DNA of 64,000 nt from a virus (Duplodnaviria; Caudoviricetes): positions 128,001 to 192,000 of IMG/VR virus record IMGVR_UViG_3300021167_000382; one strand, 5' to 3'. Under the pieces are notes generated by a model. It was given only the letters and a program-made list of their open reading frames with translations, was not told the origin of the DNA and did no database searches. The stretch's first letter is position 1. Every line of letters starts with the position of its first letter. Positions 20,325 through 30,084 of the stretch are shown piece after piece. Both the position numbers and the translations under genes were made by a program.

Positions 20325-21663
20325 CCTTCAACAGCACAAGAAGAATCGGAGTGTAGTAGAACTTCTCAACACGACCCCAGGACTTCCAGCTATTGACCAG
20401 CATGGCTAGATGACCAAGATGCGGTGTTTCAGCCTTCAAGTAACTGGTAGTCAGAATTTCCAAAAGGGACATACTCCCTGCATCTTGCCCATAGAAGCTT
20501 TCAGACAAGACATAGAACCCATTCTTGTTAGCTTCGTAGATCAGAGGAATGGTTTTCCCAGCATATTCAATCGAAGGGATTGGATCAGCCAGAGGTACAC
20601 CAATGAACGGTCCAATCATTCCAGCCAGATTAGCGCTAGCAGATAGTCGATTATAGACCAGATTAGCGGCATCGAGATCAGGATAAACATACTGATCCAC
20701 ATTCCAACAATTCGTGGTGGTTAAGAAACTATTCTGAGCGAAGAACGAACGAAAGACCTTGGATACTTTCGGCAATGCGACCGAGAGCATATCGATATTA
20801 CGCTGAAGAATCACCGTCCAAATAGACGACAATGTCAAATAAGGATCACGGTCATGTGAGACACGGTGGATGTAAGTGGCTTCAGGCGCAATTTCAGGAT
20901 CAACAATGGCGTGTACAAAACCAGCAGCACGGCTATCGTACAAGTAGTCGTCATCAGGAACGATCAAGAGACGGTCAAGATGTGAAGTAAACAACGTCAA
21001 ATAAGTCTTGGTTAAGGTAGCGTATTTCCCACGAAGTTCATTGACATCGCCATGTTCTTCTGTGGTGAGTAATGAAACTTGACCCGCCTGGAGACGTTCT
21101 TTGTGGAAATGAAACTCCTTTACTACGCGGTGTTCAAGTGCCTCATAGCGCGGTTTAGCAGTGTCACTGTCCACATAGCCGATCAGGATATAGTCAATCT
21201 CATAAACACTGCCGTTGTTATAGGTCTTACGTGTTGAAGTTGTGACCATGAAGAGACCAAGTCCACGAACACCGACATCTGTCACAAAGTAGTCGTAGGC
21301 ATTCGGAATCATACCGATAGCGACTGCAGAGCCCTTGACATCGTTACGGCCCGTTGTTTCATCATAGGACTGCGATAGTTCTGACTGAACACGAAGCTCG
21401 ATGTTGTTCAGTTTCCGATACTGTTGTAGGGCTGCGGATTGCCCGAGGTCAATTTCACGAATATCGTCATGACGATCACCAAGCTGACTGTAGTAAGTGA
21501 CCGTCCAAGGCATACCTTCCATGTAGAGGACAAGTGATTCTGGCGGGTTAATGGCCGAATCAGCCGCTGCAGTCTTGTAAATATTCTTCTCTTTCAGCAT
21601 CTCTCCGACAGGCAAAGGAGATTTGTCTACAACAACTTCAGGTTTCTTTTTAGCGATAGGCAC
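20302..21663 (-). CDS. Putative virion structural protein
   Basis: 453-aa ORF, GTG start with AGGAG RBS; EGMPWTVTYYSQ and FYYTPILL motifs resemble phiKZ-like virion proteins. Confidence 0.55.
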   Translation of the reverse strand: MPIAKKKPEVVVDKSPLPVGEMLKEKNIYKTAAADSAINPPESLVLYMEGMPWTVTYYSQLGDRHDDIREIDLGQSAALQQYRKLNNIELRVQSELSQSYDETTGRNDVKGSAVAIGMIPNAYDYFVTDVGVRGLGLFMVTTSTRKTYNNGSVYEIDYILIGYVDSDTAKPRYEALEHRVVKEFHFHKERLQAGQVSLLTTEEHGDVNELRGKYATLTKTYLTLFTSHLDRLLIVPDDDYLYDSRAAGFVHAIVDPEIAPEATYIHRVSHDRDPYLTLSSIWTVILQRNIDMLSVALPKVSKVFRSFFAQNSFLTTTNCWNVDQYVYPDLDAANLVYNRLSASANLAGMIGPFIGVPLADPIPSIEYAGKTIPLIYEANKNGFYVLSESFYGQDAGSMSLLEILTTSYLKAETPHLGHLAMLVNSWKSWGRVEKFYYTPILLVLLKDAVAGYY

Positions 21664-21718
21664 AGCGATCTCCTAAATTAAATTCATTACCAAGGGATTT
21701 CAAGGCTAAATCAAAAAA

Positions 21719-21744
21719 GAAGAGGAGGGAGATCCCTCCTCTTC
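21719..21744 (-). terminator. Rho-independent terminator
   Basis: GAAGAGGAGGGA/TCCCTCCTCTTC stem followed by a U-tract on the minus strand. Confidence 0.8.
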
Positions 21745-22359
21745 TCACCATTTATGGTAAATAGACACTTTATCCAGGATCAACTCTTTAACTACTTTCT
21801 TGACCTTGACAATCCCTTTCTCAGGGTAGACCATCAAATGCGGCACGGCAGCAGCGTACTTCATCTTAATGTCATTAAAATTAGGCCGAGAGGGAAGTGC
21901 CAGATAAGCCTCGAGTGTTTTTCCTTGATTCTTCAAAATAGCTTTCTTTAAAGCGCTAGGTTGATTACCAAGATAACCCAACTTAATAAGTTCTTTCTTC
22001 TCAAATGCGCGCCACTGATCACCCGTTAGATCATCTAACTTAGGATCGTAGAAATGAACCATCATCTCTACAGATTCGGCGACTTTATACCAAGCCGGCA
22101 GAATGTCATCTACTTCAACTTCATGTCTATAGACATGCGTACCTGGTTTCCAGAACGGGTGGTTACCTTTAAACACCGCCGCTACAGCGTTAAGCGGTAA
22201 CGGTTCCATGAAGAAAGATATGTGACGATAGTAAGGAAGATAGTCCAAGTCCATCTTCTTTCCGTTGTCAATTTCTACTTCTTCAGCGGTGACTTCGCCT
22301 CGTTCAAGACGAGTTGCGAGGTTTTCATACTTACTTGCTGCATAGTGATAGAGTTTCAT
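21745..22359 (-). CDS. Hypothetical protein (monocistronic)
   Basis: 204-aa ORF, AGGAG RBS, own promoter-like motif and terminator; ends SIYHKW. Confidence 0.75.
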   Translation of the reverse strand: MKLYHYAASKYENLATRLERGEVTAEEVEIDNGKKMDLDYLPYYRHISFFMEPLPLNAVAAVFKGNHPFWKPGTHVYRHEVEVDDILPAWYKVAESVEMMVHFYDPKLDDLTGDQWRAFEKKELIKLGYLGNQPSALKKAILKNQGKTLEAYLALPSRPNFNDIKMKYAAAVPHLMVYPEKGIVKVKKVVKELILDKVSIYHKW

Positions 22360-22418
22360 TCAGAGCTCCTTTATTCACTTTATCTCGACTCTGTTACAAA
22401 AGAAAAAAGAAAGGTTGA

Positions 22419-22451
22419 CCAGAGTGCCGGGGTTTCCCCTCAGCACTCTAG
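22419..22451 (-). terminator. Hairpin terminator closing the structured-RNA unit
   Basis: AGAGTGC..GGGG-AAA-CCCC.GCACTCT stem, with a U-rich tract a few nt further on the minus strand. Confidence 0.65.
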
Positions 22452-22735
22452 CTAGACGATTCGCCGTCAGTCGTCAGACCGCCTCATCGAGGCATTGGTA
22501 TTCGCGGTGATTACGATCAACTGTAATCACCGGCTCTATCTCTTCACAGATCAAAGACTTGCTGCACAGTCTACTGTGAATACTTCGAGAAGGAACCAGG
22601 CTCTTGAACCCTGTATTAGTATGCAGACTTTAGTATGGTACTTGGAGACTACTAGGTACTTCAGGTGATGCTATACTACTTGGGTTTTATATCCGTTACA
22701 CGCCACGGGATCGGGCGACCGGTCTTTGCCGATTG
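22452..22735 (-). ncRNA. Putative structured non-coding RNA (3' tract)
   Basis: No convincing ORF; stems CGGTGATTAC/GTAATCACCG, TTCACAG/CTGTGAA with inner AGACT/AGTCT, GCCTC/GAGGC, all enclosed by AGACCG/CGGTCT. Confidence 0.5.
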
Positions 22736-23089
22736 TCAGGTCAACGAAGTACCCCGTTCCTTCAAGAATCGAAGGATCGCTACACCGGTGTATTTATCAC
22801 CGGAAGTAGTTTGAAAGTAGATAGCATTGAAATGCATCTCTTTACTTTCAAAGGCTTTACGAAACTCAGCTACTGTCTCGTAATCGTAGAATGCAATGTC
22901 CCATTCAGAACCATAGCTCCGAATAGTAAATTGCATCCCAGGCGATTCCAGGCACCAGGTCCCCTTGATAGGAGTCTTGCGCCAAGAATTACCAAACCGC
23001 TTGACAAGATCGTCAACGGCGCCGCCTTGACCGATGCCACCGATTAATTCCGGTTTGACATCAGGTAAAACAAAATCTACTAACTCCAT
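22736..23089 (-). CDS. Small hypothetical protein embedded between structured RNA tracts
   Basis: 117-aa ORF with strong TAAGGAGGT RBS. Confidence 0.75.
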   Translation of the reverse strand: MELVDFVLPDVKPELIGGIGQGGAVDDLVKRFGNSWRKTPIKGTWCLESPGMQFTIRSYGSEWDIAFYDYETVAEFRKAFESKEMHFNAIYFQTTSGDKYTGVAILRFLKERGTSLT

Positions 23090-23099
23090 ACGACCTCCT

Positions 23100-23337
23100 T
23101 AAAGGAAAGAGCGAGAGTGCCCAAAGTATGAATAGGGTATATACCAACCCGTGGTGGTTTCCGATGGCGCTAGTCGGATTGCTATTTACGAAGAGGCGAG
23201 TCTTCAACCTAGACTATAGAGTCACCTAGGAAACTTACTACATGTAGGAAGTTCAGCGGATGTAAAGCTGGCCTTTTCACGATGCTCCCTCGGGATAACA
23301 TCTATGAAACGGTGCCTCATCATAACTTCCTACATGT
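23100..23337 (-). ncRNA. Putative structured 5' leader / ncRNA
   Basis: Perfect 14-bp inverted repeat ACATGTAGGAAGTT (23240-23253 / 23324-23337) enclosing three hairpins, followed by further hairpins (CCTAG/CTAGG, GAAGA/TCTTC, TCCGA/TCGGA); starts right at a promoter motif. Confidence 0.55.
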
Positions 23338-23350
23338 TAAATATACATGA
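23337..23350 (-). promoter_or_regulatory. Early (virion RNAP) promoter motif TCATGTATATTTAA
   Basis: One of nine intergenic copies of YCAYRTATATnnnA, all on the minus strand at operon starts. Confidence 0.7.
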
Positions 23351-23382
23351 GTGAAATACTTTAAGTACAGGAAAGAAAAAAT

Positions 23383-23410
23383 GAGATCAGGGGAGAAATC
23401 CCCTGATCTC
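23383..23410 (-). terminator. Rho-independent terminator
   Basis: GAGATCAGGGG/CCCCTGATCTC stem followed by a U-rich tract. Confidence 0.75.
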
Positions 23411-23449
23411 ACCATTTGTGATAGATGGATGCTAGATTTGAAATCTGAA

Positions 23450-24142
23450 CTATGTAGCACCGGCGTTAGTTTTCGATTTCTGAATATCGTGAAGTTGTTT
23501 CTTAAAATCATCAATATACTTCATGACATCGGATAATTTCCAATACCGAACACCATTCTCGCTCTTACAATGTATAACCTTGTTCATTCGAAGAATGACC
23601 TTACCTAGTATCTCGAAATCATCAGTGAAAATCCCAGAATCAACGAGGCAGTTATGAAGACCCTTAATGTCAACTACAGCATCTTCCTCTAATTGAAAAG
23701 GAGGTGGTATTGGTTGCGCATTTTCTATTTTGATAGCGTCAATGGAAATCAACCTTATCTCGACCAGTCGAATGGCGTCGTTGTCACCTTTCTCCATCGC
23801 AGCAGTGCTCCGAGGACGAAACGCGATTAAGTTATTTTGAAACAAGTTATAGAGGCTATTCCCTGCAGGGCCAGCGACTGGTTTTATCGTTGCCATAACA
23901 AGACCCGTGGTTTCTTCGATGTAGACATCGGTAACCTTGTGAGTGATATCTTCCCCATTAAGAATGAGTACATCATCCTTCGAAAGATTCTCATAAGTAT
24001 CTACCACCGTACCGTAGAGCCGACCTTTACATTCATCGATAGCCTTGACCATCGCTGCACGCGTGTAAATTCGTTTATTTGAGTCAGGTGTTCCTACTCG
24101 GCAAATTTCAACTTTGAATTCTGTTTGTTCTGAAGCGGTCAT
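23450..24142 (-). CDS. Prohead protease-fold protein (T4 gp21/phiKZ gp175-like), probably inactive
   Basis: SNKRIY...RLYG...ITHKV...KPVAGPAG..L..L.....AFRPRS pattern matches the fold; the expected catalytic Ser position reads Arg. Confidence 0.55.
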   Translation of the reverse strand: MTASEQTEFKVEICRVGTPDSNKRIYTRAAMVKAIDECKGRLYGTVVDTYENLSKDDVLILNGEDITHKVTDVYIEETTGLVMATIKPVAGPAGNSLYNLFQNNLIAFRPRSTAAMEKGDNDAIRLVEIRLISIDAIKIENAQPIPPPFQLEEDAVVDIKGLHNCLVDSGIFTDDFEILGKVILRMNKVIHCKSENGVRYWKLSDVMKYIDDFKKQLHDIQKSKTNAGAT

Positions 24143-24158
24143 TGTTGACTCCTAATAC

Positions 24159-25739
24159 TTAAAAACGTTTAAAACCAATATAGCCTGTTGGATTTGATTT
24201 AGGAACGAGTGGATCGAGCATTACATCCTTACGCTCCTTACACCAGTCTCGGAACATCTCGATCTTGTTCTGATGGTATTCCACATGCTTCGGTATTGAA
24301 CTACAGTACAAGTAATAGAACCGAATATCTCGTCCAGCGATTTCCCGCAACCGTCCAAGTACCTGAAGATTACTCTTGATACTATTCAGATTGATGGTCT
24401 GGATTGAAACGGTTAATCCACCGATATCATGCGCAGTACCGCCACTCAACACAGTGGTTACTCGGATATCGCTATCCATCAAGTTCTCGATGGGATCACT
24501 TTCCAAATAAGTCCTTGTGTCAAGATCAGGCAAGGCTTTCCGAAGTACCTTGCAGACCTCTCGAGCCATCGCATGCGATGAAACAAACACCGCACACTTA
24601 TCACCAGCCTGCATTGTCTTAACAAACGACCCCTTCACCATACGAACGATCATATCGACATACTGACTTTTCATGACATGGCTTGAGAGTATACTCTTCT
24701 CAAAAGCGATATGGGAGTAGTTATTCGATCCGTACTCCTGTGTTCTGATTCTGGAGTTTGCAAAGTCTTGAATCTGATATTGACACGAGTACACCGTGAT
24801 GTAGCGCTTCATCTTAATCTTCTCGAAGCGTTTGTGTCTCGGATACATCATGCGCTGGATGCGAAGTTCAGTTTCGTCTTCGGAGGTTAACGTGGCAGAT
24901 AGAGAGATGGTCTTTGGAATATGAAGGAAACAGAACATGCGATAAACTGCATGAAGATGCTGGTGACTCTCATCGAAGATGTTTGTTCCGATGCGCGCCT
25001 TCTCCATCAACTCCCAAGGTTTCATCCCATACATGTCGTAGGTTGGGTTAAATGGGTCTTCAATATAGCCCTTATACCACTTACTAATGGTATTAATCGA
25101 GATAATTGTAACCTTTGGTAATTTTTCAGGTGTCTCTTGATTCTCCAACACTAGCTGACAATAGTCAACTAGACTGTTCTTCCCTTCAATACGATAGATG
25201 TCTTTTTGATTGATTTCATAAGCACCAAGAACATCTTTATTCCATTTTTCAACATACCCAGCTAACACACTAATTGCTAATCGTTTTCCTATTCGTGAAG
25301 CAGTGGTTAGTGCGCATATGGTCTTTCCGCTACCCATTGGCATGGATAAAAGGGGTGCATGTGAGCCTTCTGAAGACATGTCTATGATGAATTCAGCGGC
25401 CTCTTCCTGTTCAGCACGAAGTACGAATTTTGGCTGGATTGGATATGATTCTTCACATGGCTCATAAAGTGGCATGTGGTAGACATCCAGATAAATACCA
25501 GCAGCCTGACACGACTGAAGCATTCGGTTAAGTTGGCCGATATGGAAACGGAATTCATCATTCAGTTTAGTATAGAAGCCAAAAGTCTTCACTGGCTTCC
25601 AAACACGTTTCCTTCGTTGTTCATCAAAGACCATGCCGAACACAGTGTAATCTGCAGCCAGCGTGTACAGAATCTTTCTAAGTTCTATTTCTGGGTTCTG
25701 TACTGTAAAGAAATGTGAGTAGACAATAACATGATTCAC
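24159..25739 (-). CDS. Superfamily 2 (DExH) helicase, phiKZ gp75-like
   Basis: MPMGSGKT, FDESHQ, SLSAT, QVLGRLR motifs. Confidence 0.9.
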   Translation of the reverse strand: MNHVIVYSHFFTVQNPEIELRKILYTLAADYTVFGMVFDEQRRKRVWKPVKTFGFYTKLNDEFRFHIGQLNRMLQSCQAAGIYLDVYHMPLYEPCEESYPIQPKFVLRAEQEEAAEFIIDMSSEGSHAPLLSMPMGSGKTICALTTASRIGKRLAISVLAGYVEKWNKDVLGAYEINQKDIYRIEGKNSLVDYCQLVLENQETPEKLPKVTIISINTISKWYKGYIEDPFNPTYDMYGMKPWELMEKARIGTNIFDESHQHLHAVYRMFCFLHIPKTISLSATLTSEDETELRIQRMMYPRHKRFEKIKMKRYITVYSCQYQIQDFANSRIRTQEYGSNNYSHIAFEKSILSSHVMKSQYVDMIVRMVKGSFVKTMQAGDKCAVFVSSHAMAREVCKVLRKALPDLDTRTYLESDPIENLMDSDIRVTTVLSGGTAHDIGGLTVSIQTINLNSIKSNLQVLGRLREIAGRDIRFYYLYCSSIPKHVEYHQNKIEMFRDWCKERKDVMLDPLVPKSNPTGYIGFKRF

Positions 25740-25789
25740 TTTGCATCCCTCAATAAAAAAGAGAGCGTGGGTGAACCACGCTCTCTTAC

Positions 25790-27826
25790 CTAGCGATATT
25801 TTGCTTCAACTACTTCCTGCGGACACAGGAATACATCCATCGGGTTGTCCGGCCGAGTACCTTGGTAGAAGTACGTCGGCTCGAAGATCGCGGACTCATG
25901 TGCTTGGAATGCCATCGCGGGACCCAAACTACGGTGAATCGTCAGTGTATCGCCAATACCAAGAACAGGGGTACTCGACCCACGTGACAGGGCATAGCTA
26001 TTATCCGACTCCGTCATGAGGCTATAGATCAGAATTTCCATCGGGAGAATGTTGATACGAAGCTTCTGATTAACCACATCGAACAATTCCTGCAGCAGCA
26101 CCCGATAGGCATTCGCTTGAATTCGTTTCTTGTGATCCTTCTGACTGGACTGAATCATGCGCTTCACTTCATCCGCAAGATCCACAAAACTTTCCTCTTT
26201 ACCTTGCAGCTCAAGGATCGGTTTGTTATAAGTCCAGTCTGTCATGTCGAACATGAAGTTGTTATCTTCATCGACACTCCAGCCTCGTTTCGCCAAGTAC
26301 CCTAGTAACTCATGTGTGAGCATGGGTTTGTTTTGCTTGACGCGAACATCTAGCGGAATCTCTTCCCGCATCTCGGCGCCATTGATCGTCTTCACGATCG
26401 TGAGGCGAATAGTGGAGATTTGACTGATCCGAGGGAGGGAGAGTTGCATGTAGCTATTATCCCCATTCTCGGTATCGATCTCCAATAGCCCAGGCGCTTC
26501 GTCGCTAAGAATAGACATGAACAACTTCGTGCCACGTTCAGGCTTGTTCAGGTAAAACCCTTCTCCCTTCGTACCTGTGTTCATGTAGCGTTGCTCAAAC
26601 TCACCGATTAGAATCCGAAGAATAACCGATGACATGTTCACGTGTTTGATAGAAAGTATGTTCTGTGTAAAGTCTTTCGACAGTGTCACAGAACCCAAGT
26701 GACCGACGTTAGCGAAGCGAGAGATATTTTGCGAGAGTTTACCAGCGCAGATATGACAGACTGAATGCGCATCGGGATGCTTACAGTCTAGCGATGTACG
26801 GAACCAGATGGTCTTTCCGACCAAGTGGTCTTCATTCCCTTCAATGATTCGATAGTCATCATCCTTATTTTGTTTGTAGTACTTACCGACCAGCATCGGC
26901 AAATCGCTCGGGTAGATCTCAGTCCCAGACGAGTCGTAGCGCTTACCTTGAACTTTCCAAGGCATCAGGTCCGTTGACCCGCAGTCTTCATACACGATTC
27001 GTTCTAACACCACCGCATTCAACTGGAACTTACGGGCACGGTACTCGGAATCCTTCAATGCCGAGTCACTGTAGAAGTGAGACTTCGCAGCAGTACGGCT
27101 GTCCGTTACCAAGTCATAGAACTTATTCAGTCCGTCAACATAGTTACCCCAGACCGCATGTTTGAAGATGGTGCCATCGACTTCAGTTGGGAACCCTCGG
27201 AAAGCTACACACTGCATGACTTGATTGATCTTGACCATCTTACTGCGAACCGCTTTAGCTAGTCCATTATCGTCAAAGACCGGATTGGTCTCGATTTCTT
27301 TCAGGATAGCTTCATAGGCGTAGAGAATCTTTTCAGGATTCTCCATTGCCTCTTTCTTCAATTCAACGGTTCGTGGATGGTGCGCGATCTGAACAAAGTC
27401 CAAGATATCGATCGAGATGACACAGTCTTCTGTTTCGATAGCCAAGAAACCCATGACATCCGAGATCGTCTTATAGATCAATTCAAGCAGAGGTTCTTTG
27501 GCTTCAGGTAGCAGCATGTCGTAGGCTTCAACGACCGACTTCAAGATTTCTGTCCCAAGCTTCAAGTGCGTGTTAGTGGTAAGATCCTCCTTTCCGCACT
27601 TGAGTGTCTTATTGACATGGTGTTTCGGTTGAATAACCGTATTAGGATACTGACGAAAGATCTCCCAGAACCAGTGGCTGTATTTGGTTTCGGCCTTAGT
27701 ACAATTCGGAAGGGATTCGGTATTATCGAACACCACCGTGTGAAAGATCTCACCAGGGATCAGAAAGTCAAGTTGAGTAGGCGATAGCGCCAGAAGATCG
27801 CGTGCACGGAATATAGGTTGTTGCAT
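25790..27826 (-). CDS. rpoC: Non-virion RNA polymerase beta' subunit, C-terminal part (phiKZ gp74-like)
   Basis: QCVAFRG, DCGS, CKH...VCHICAG zinc site, TQNILSIKH trigger-loop motif. Confidence 0.88.
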   Translation of the reverse strand: MQQPIFRARDLLALSPTQLDFLIPGEIFHTVVFDNTESLPNCTKAETKYSHWFWEIFRQYPNTVIQPKHHVNKTLKCGKEDLTTNTHLKLGTEILKSVVEAYDMLLPEAKEPLLELIYKTISDVMGFLAIETEDCVISIDILDFVQIAHHPRTVELKKEAMENPEKILYAYEAILKEIETNPVFDDNGLAKAVRSKMVKINQVMQCVAFRGFPTEVDGTIFKHAVWGNYVDGLNKFYDLVTDSRTAAKSHFYSDSALKDSEYRARKFQLNAVVLERIVYEDCGSTDLMPWKVQGKRYDSSGTEIYPSDLPMLVGKYYKQNKDDDYRIIEGNEDHLVGKTIWFRTSLDCKHPDAHSVCHICAGKLSQNISRFANVGHLGSVTLSKDFTQNILSIKHVNMSSVILRILIGEFEQRYMNTGTKGEGFYLNKPERGTKLFMSILSDEAPGLLEIDTENGDNSYMQLSLPRISQISTIRLTIVKTINGAEMREEIPLDVRVKQNKPMLTHELLGYLAKRGWSVDEDNNFMFDMTDWTYNKPILELQGKEESFVDLADEVKRMIQSSQKDHKKRIQANAYRVLLQELFDVVNQKLRINILPMEILIYSLMTESDNSYALSRGSSTPVLGIGDTLTIHRSLGPAMAFQAHESAIFEPTYFYQGTRPDNPMDVFLCPQEVVEAKYR

Positions 27827-27828
27827 GA

Positions 27829-29997
27829 CTACTTCTGTTCCTTTCTATAGACGTGACGAATACCGAGGCAGTAGTTGAACTGATTCACGATCTGCAACGG
27901 ACGAGTGTTGTTGAATTTGATTTTATCCCGATCAACGAGACAAGGGATACTGGATGGATTCTCCGCTCTCAGGATCTGTCGTGGCATTTCCCTTTGCGTT
28001 GCGATGTTACCGTTCCGATCCATGAGTTCAGCGATGAAGAGTTGACCGCCATAGTTACAGTACAGACGACCTTCCGTTTCACCGATCACCCGGGGTGCAG
28101 TGCGCCGCCACGGACGTGTGTGTTTATCCGGACGATTCATGGCAGTGACAATGCCGAGATTACTATGCTTACCAATGTCAGAGGCAAGCCAGCTATCAGC
28201 GATCTTATCCAAGAGCATAATGGAGATCGGTGCAATACGAATATTGTTCCGAGTCGTGACGGGTTTTCCGCTATGGCCAACGTAAGTCACCGGACCATAT
28301 GTCATCTTAAAACGAGACGCTACCGTTTTGGCTAGATCAGGGTCAATCTCCTTGAAGTATTCGAACTCCATCTGCTTCACCATCTCACTATAGGAACCAG
28401 TTTTGTTTCCGATTGGGAAATAGTTACGTAGCATGTTGTTGAAGATATCCAGCAACCAAACCCAGCGCTCATCGACAGTCAAGCGCTCAGTAAATTCTTC
28501 AAAGCTATAGATCGACGTCAGCTTGTAATAATCCAACATCAGTGCAATAGCGTCATCGATCTTCTCCGCAGGTAATGTCTGGAGTTCTTCCAGCGTTAGT
28601 TTACCATTGAAGTTACGAGGAAGTCCAATCGCTTCCAACATCTGCTTTCGGACATCACGCGCAGCCGCATTGAAGAATGGGCCATGAAGACGCCCAAGGT
28701 TCATGCGGCCAGGTACTGAATCAGGACCAGTAATGATATCTGCTCGATTCCCATCAGCATCGACTGGCATGTTTTCAGGTTCTTCAATTCTACAAATAAC
28801 ACCCTTTCCTCCGTTAGAACAGGATAATTTGAACCCTCGGTCAGGCGTGATTTCATACTCTACCACAAACTCGACGCGCCATACATCCAGCGGTTTCTTC
28901 TTATGAATCAGCGTCAAGTCGGATTGACCTTGGCGCGGCTTACCAGCGATCGCCATCGCTTGCACGATAAGATTATGAAGCGGCCGTGTCAGTCGAACGT
29001 TGCCACCTTGTCCAAGTTTCCAGCTTTCACTAACCTTGGTTTCATAGAAGTTGAGAATCTCCCGGTAGTAATGAAGATACCCTGCTTTGTACTTTTCCAA
29101 CTGGTGCGTCATCGCTGCAGGTAGACGACGTGTGGAGTTTGTAGACTCGATCACGCTAACATCTACTACACGACCTACGCCAGTACGAGCAAAGACAGGT
29201 GTGTCGAAGTGGTAATCGATACGTTGAGCATCACGAACGCTAGTTAGAGCCGGTGCCAAGACCGGGTCATAACGACGCAATACTGCTAGCAGTCCCGACT
29301 CTTTAACATAGTCACCAATGTCTGGAAATGGTTTATAGTGATGATCGTCGCCATAGATGTTCAGTGGAAACTCAGATGAACCAAATTCAAAGGTTCGTTT
29401 CTCGTAAATCCGAAACTTGAAGAACGGAAGTGCATCACGAGAAACCACGTAGCCGTCCAGTCCTACATTCGGATGAGACATATAGGCAAGATTCAACATC
29501 TTACCATACGTGTAATGGCTATCCCCCTTCACCGCGGGACTATCTGCAAAGATCGTTCCCTTAGGGATATCTGCACCCGCATTGATCTTGTCAGCTGCAG
29601 ACTTGATGTCATACTTGAAACCGAAGACCGGGTCATGGCTACAATAATAAGGAATCGTGAAGCAACCGAATTCACCTGTGGCATGGCTCTGGTAAATGAC
29701 CAGTGTTTCAGGATTAAAATCCACAGACTCTTCAGTAACACCACGGGAATACTTCATGATCTTAGCAACGATCGTGCCATCCTCCGGCATTTTAATGCTG
29801 AAGGTATACTTCCCCATCTCTTCTTCAACCCCAGTTACCGTCTGATTGGGTTCAGAACCATCAATCACAGGACGCTGAGAGAAATGCGAACCAAACATCA
29901 CGCAGCGCGCAGGTGCATTGTTCATTGCATGTGCGTTCATCGATTGAATGGAAAGAATCTCAGGAGTAATTTCAGATACGAAAGCTTGGTCTGACAT
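27829..29997 (-). CDS. rpoB: Non-virion RNA polymerase beta subunit, C-terminal part (phiKZ gp71-73-like), uninterrupted
   Basis: ARCVMFGSHFSQ, GFKLSCSNGGKGVI, GRMNLGRL, LLDKI, GETEGR motifs. Confidence 0.92.
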   Translation of the reverse strand: MSDQAFVSEITPEILSIQSMNAHAMNNAPARCVMFGSHFSQRPVIDGSEPNQTVTGVEEEMGKYTFSIKMPEDGTIVAKIMKYSRGVTEESVDFNPETLVIYQSHATGEFGCFTIPYYCSHDPVFGFKYDIKSAADKINAGADIPKGTIFADSPAVKGDSHYTYGKMLNLAYMSHPNVGLDGYVVSRDALPFFKFRIYEKRTFEFGSSEFPLNIYGDDHHYKPFPDIGDYVKESGLLAVLRRYDPVLAPALTSVRDAQRIDYHFDTPVFARTGVGRVVDVSVIESTNSTRRLPAAMTHQLEKYKAGYLHYYREILNFYETKVSESWKLGQGGNVRLTRPLHNLIVQAMAIAGKPRQGQSDLTLIHKKKPLDVWRVEFVVEYEITPDRGFKLSCSNGGKGVICRIEEPENMPVDADGNRADIITGPDSVPGRMNLGRLHGPFFNAAARDVRKQMLEAIGLPRNFNGKLTLEELQTLPAEKIDDAIALMLDYYKLTSIYSFEEFTERLTVDERWVWLLDIFNNMLRNYFPIGNKTGSYSEMVKQMEFEYFKEIDPDLAKTVASRFKMTYGPVTYVGHSGKPVTTRNNIRIAPISIMLLDKIADSWLASDIGKHSNLGIVTAMNRPDKHTRPWRRTAPRVIGETEGRLYCNYGGQLFIAELMDRNGNIATQREMPRQILRAENPSSIPCLVDRDKIKFNNTRPLQIVNQFNYCLGIRHVYRKEQK

Positions 29998-30042
29998 ATA
30001 ACAACCTCTTTTGTTTTAGGTTTATGAATTCCTACTGCCAAG

Positions 30043-30056
30043 TAAGATATATGTGA
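30043..30056 (-). promoter_or_regulatory. Early promoter motif (TCACATATATCTTA)
   Basis: Consensus match upstream of the beta subunit gene. Confidence 0.65.
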
Positions 30057-30084
30057 TCGAATTGACCCTTGAAGGAGTTTTGTT

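Noticed and set aside
22560-22690. Recurring AAGT words as a CRISPR or TIGR array
   Set aside because: Spacing is irregular and there is no conserved repeat longer than a few nucleotides
27829-29997. Intron or homing endonuclease in the beta subunit gene, as in phiKZ
   Set aside because: The ORF is continuous through all motifs; no intron core seen
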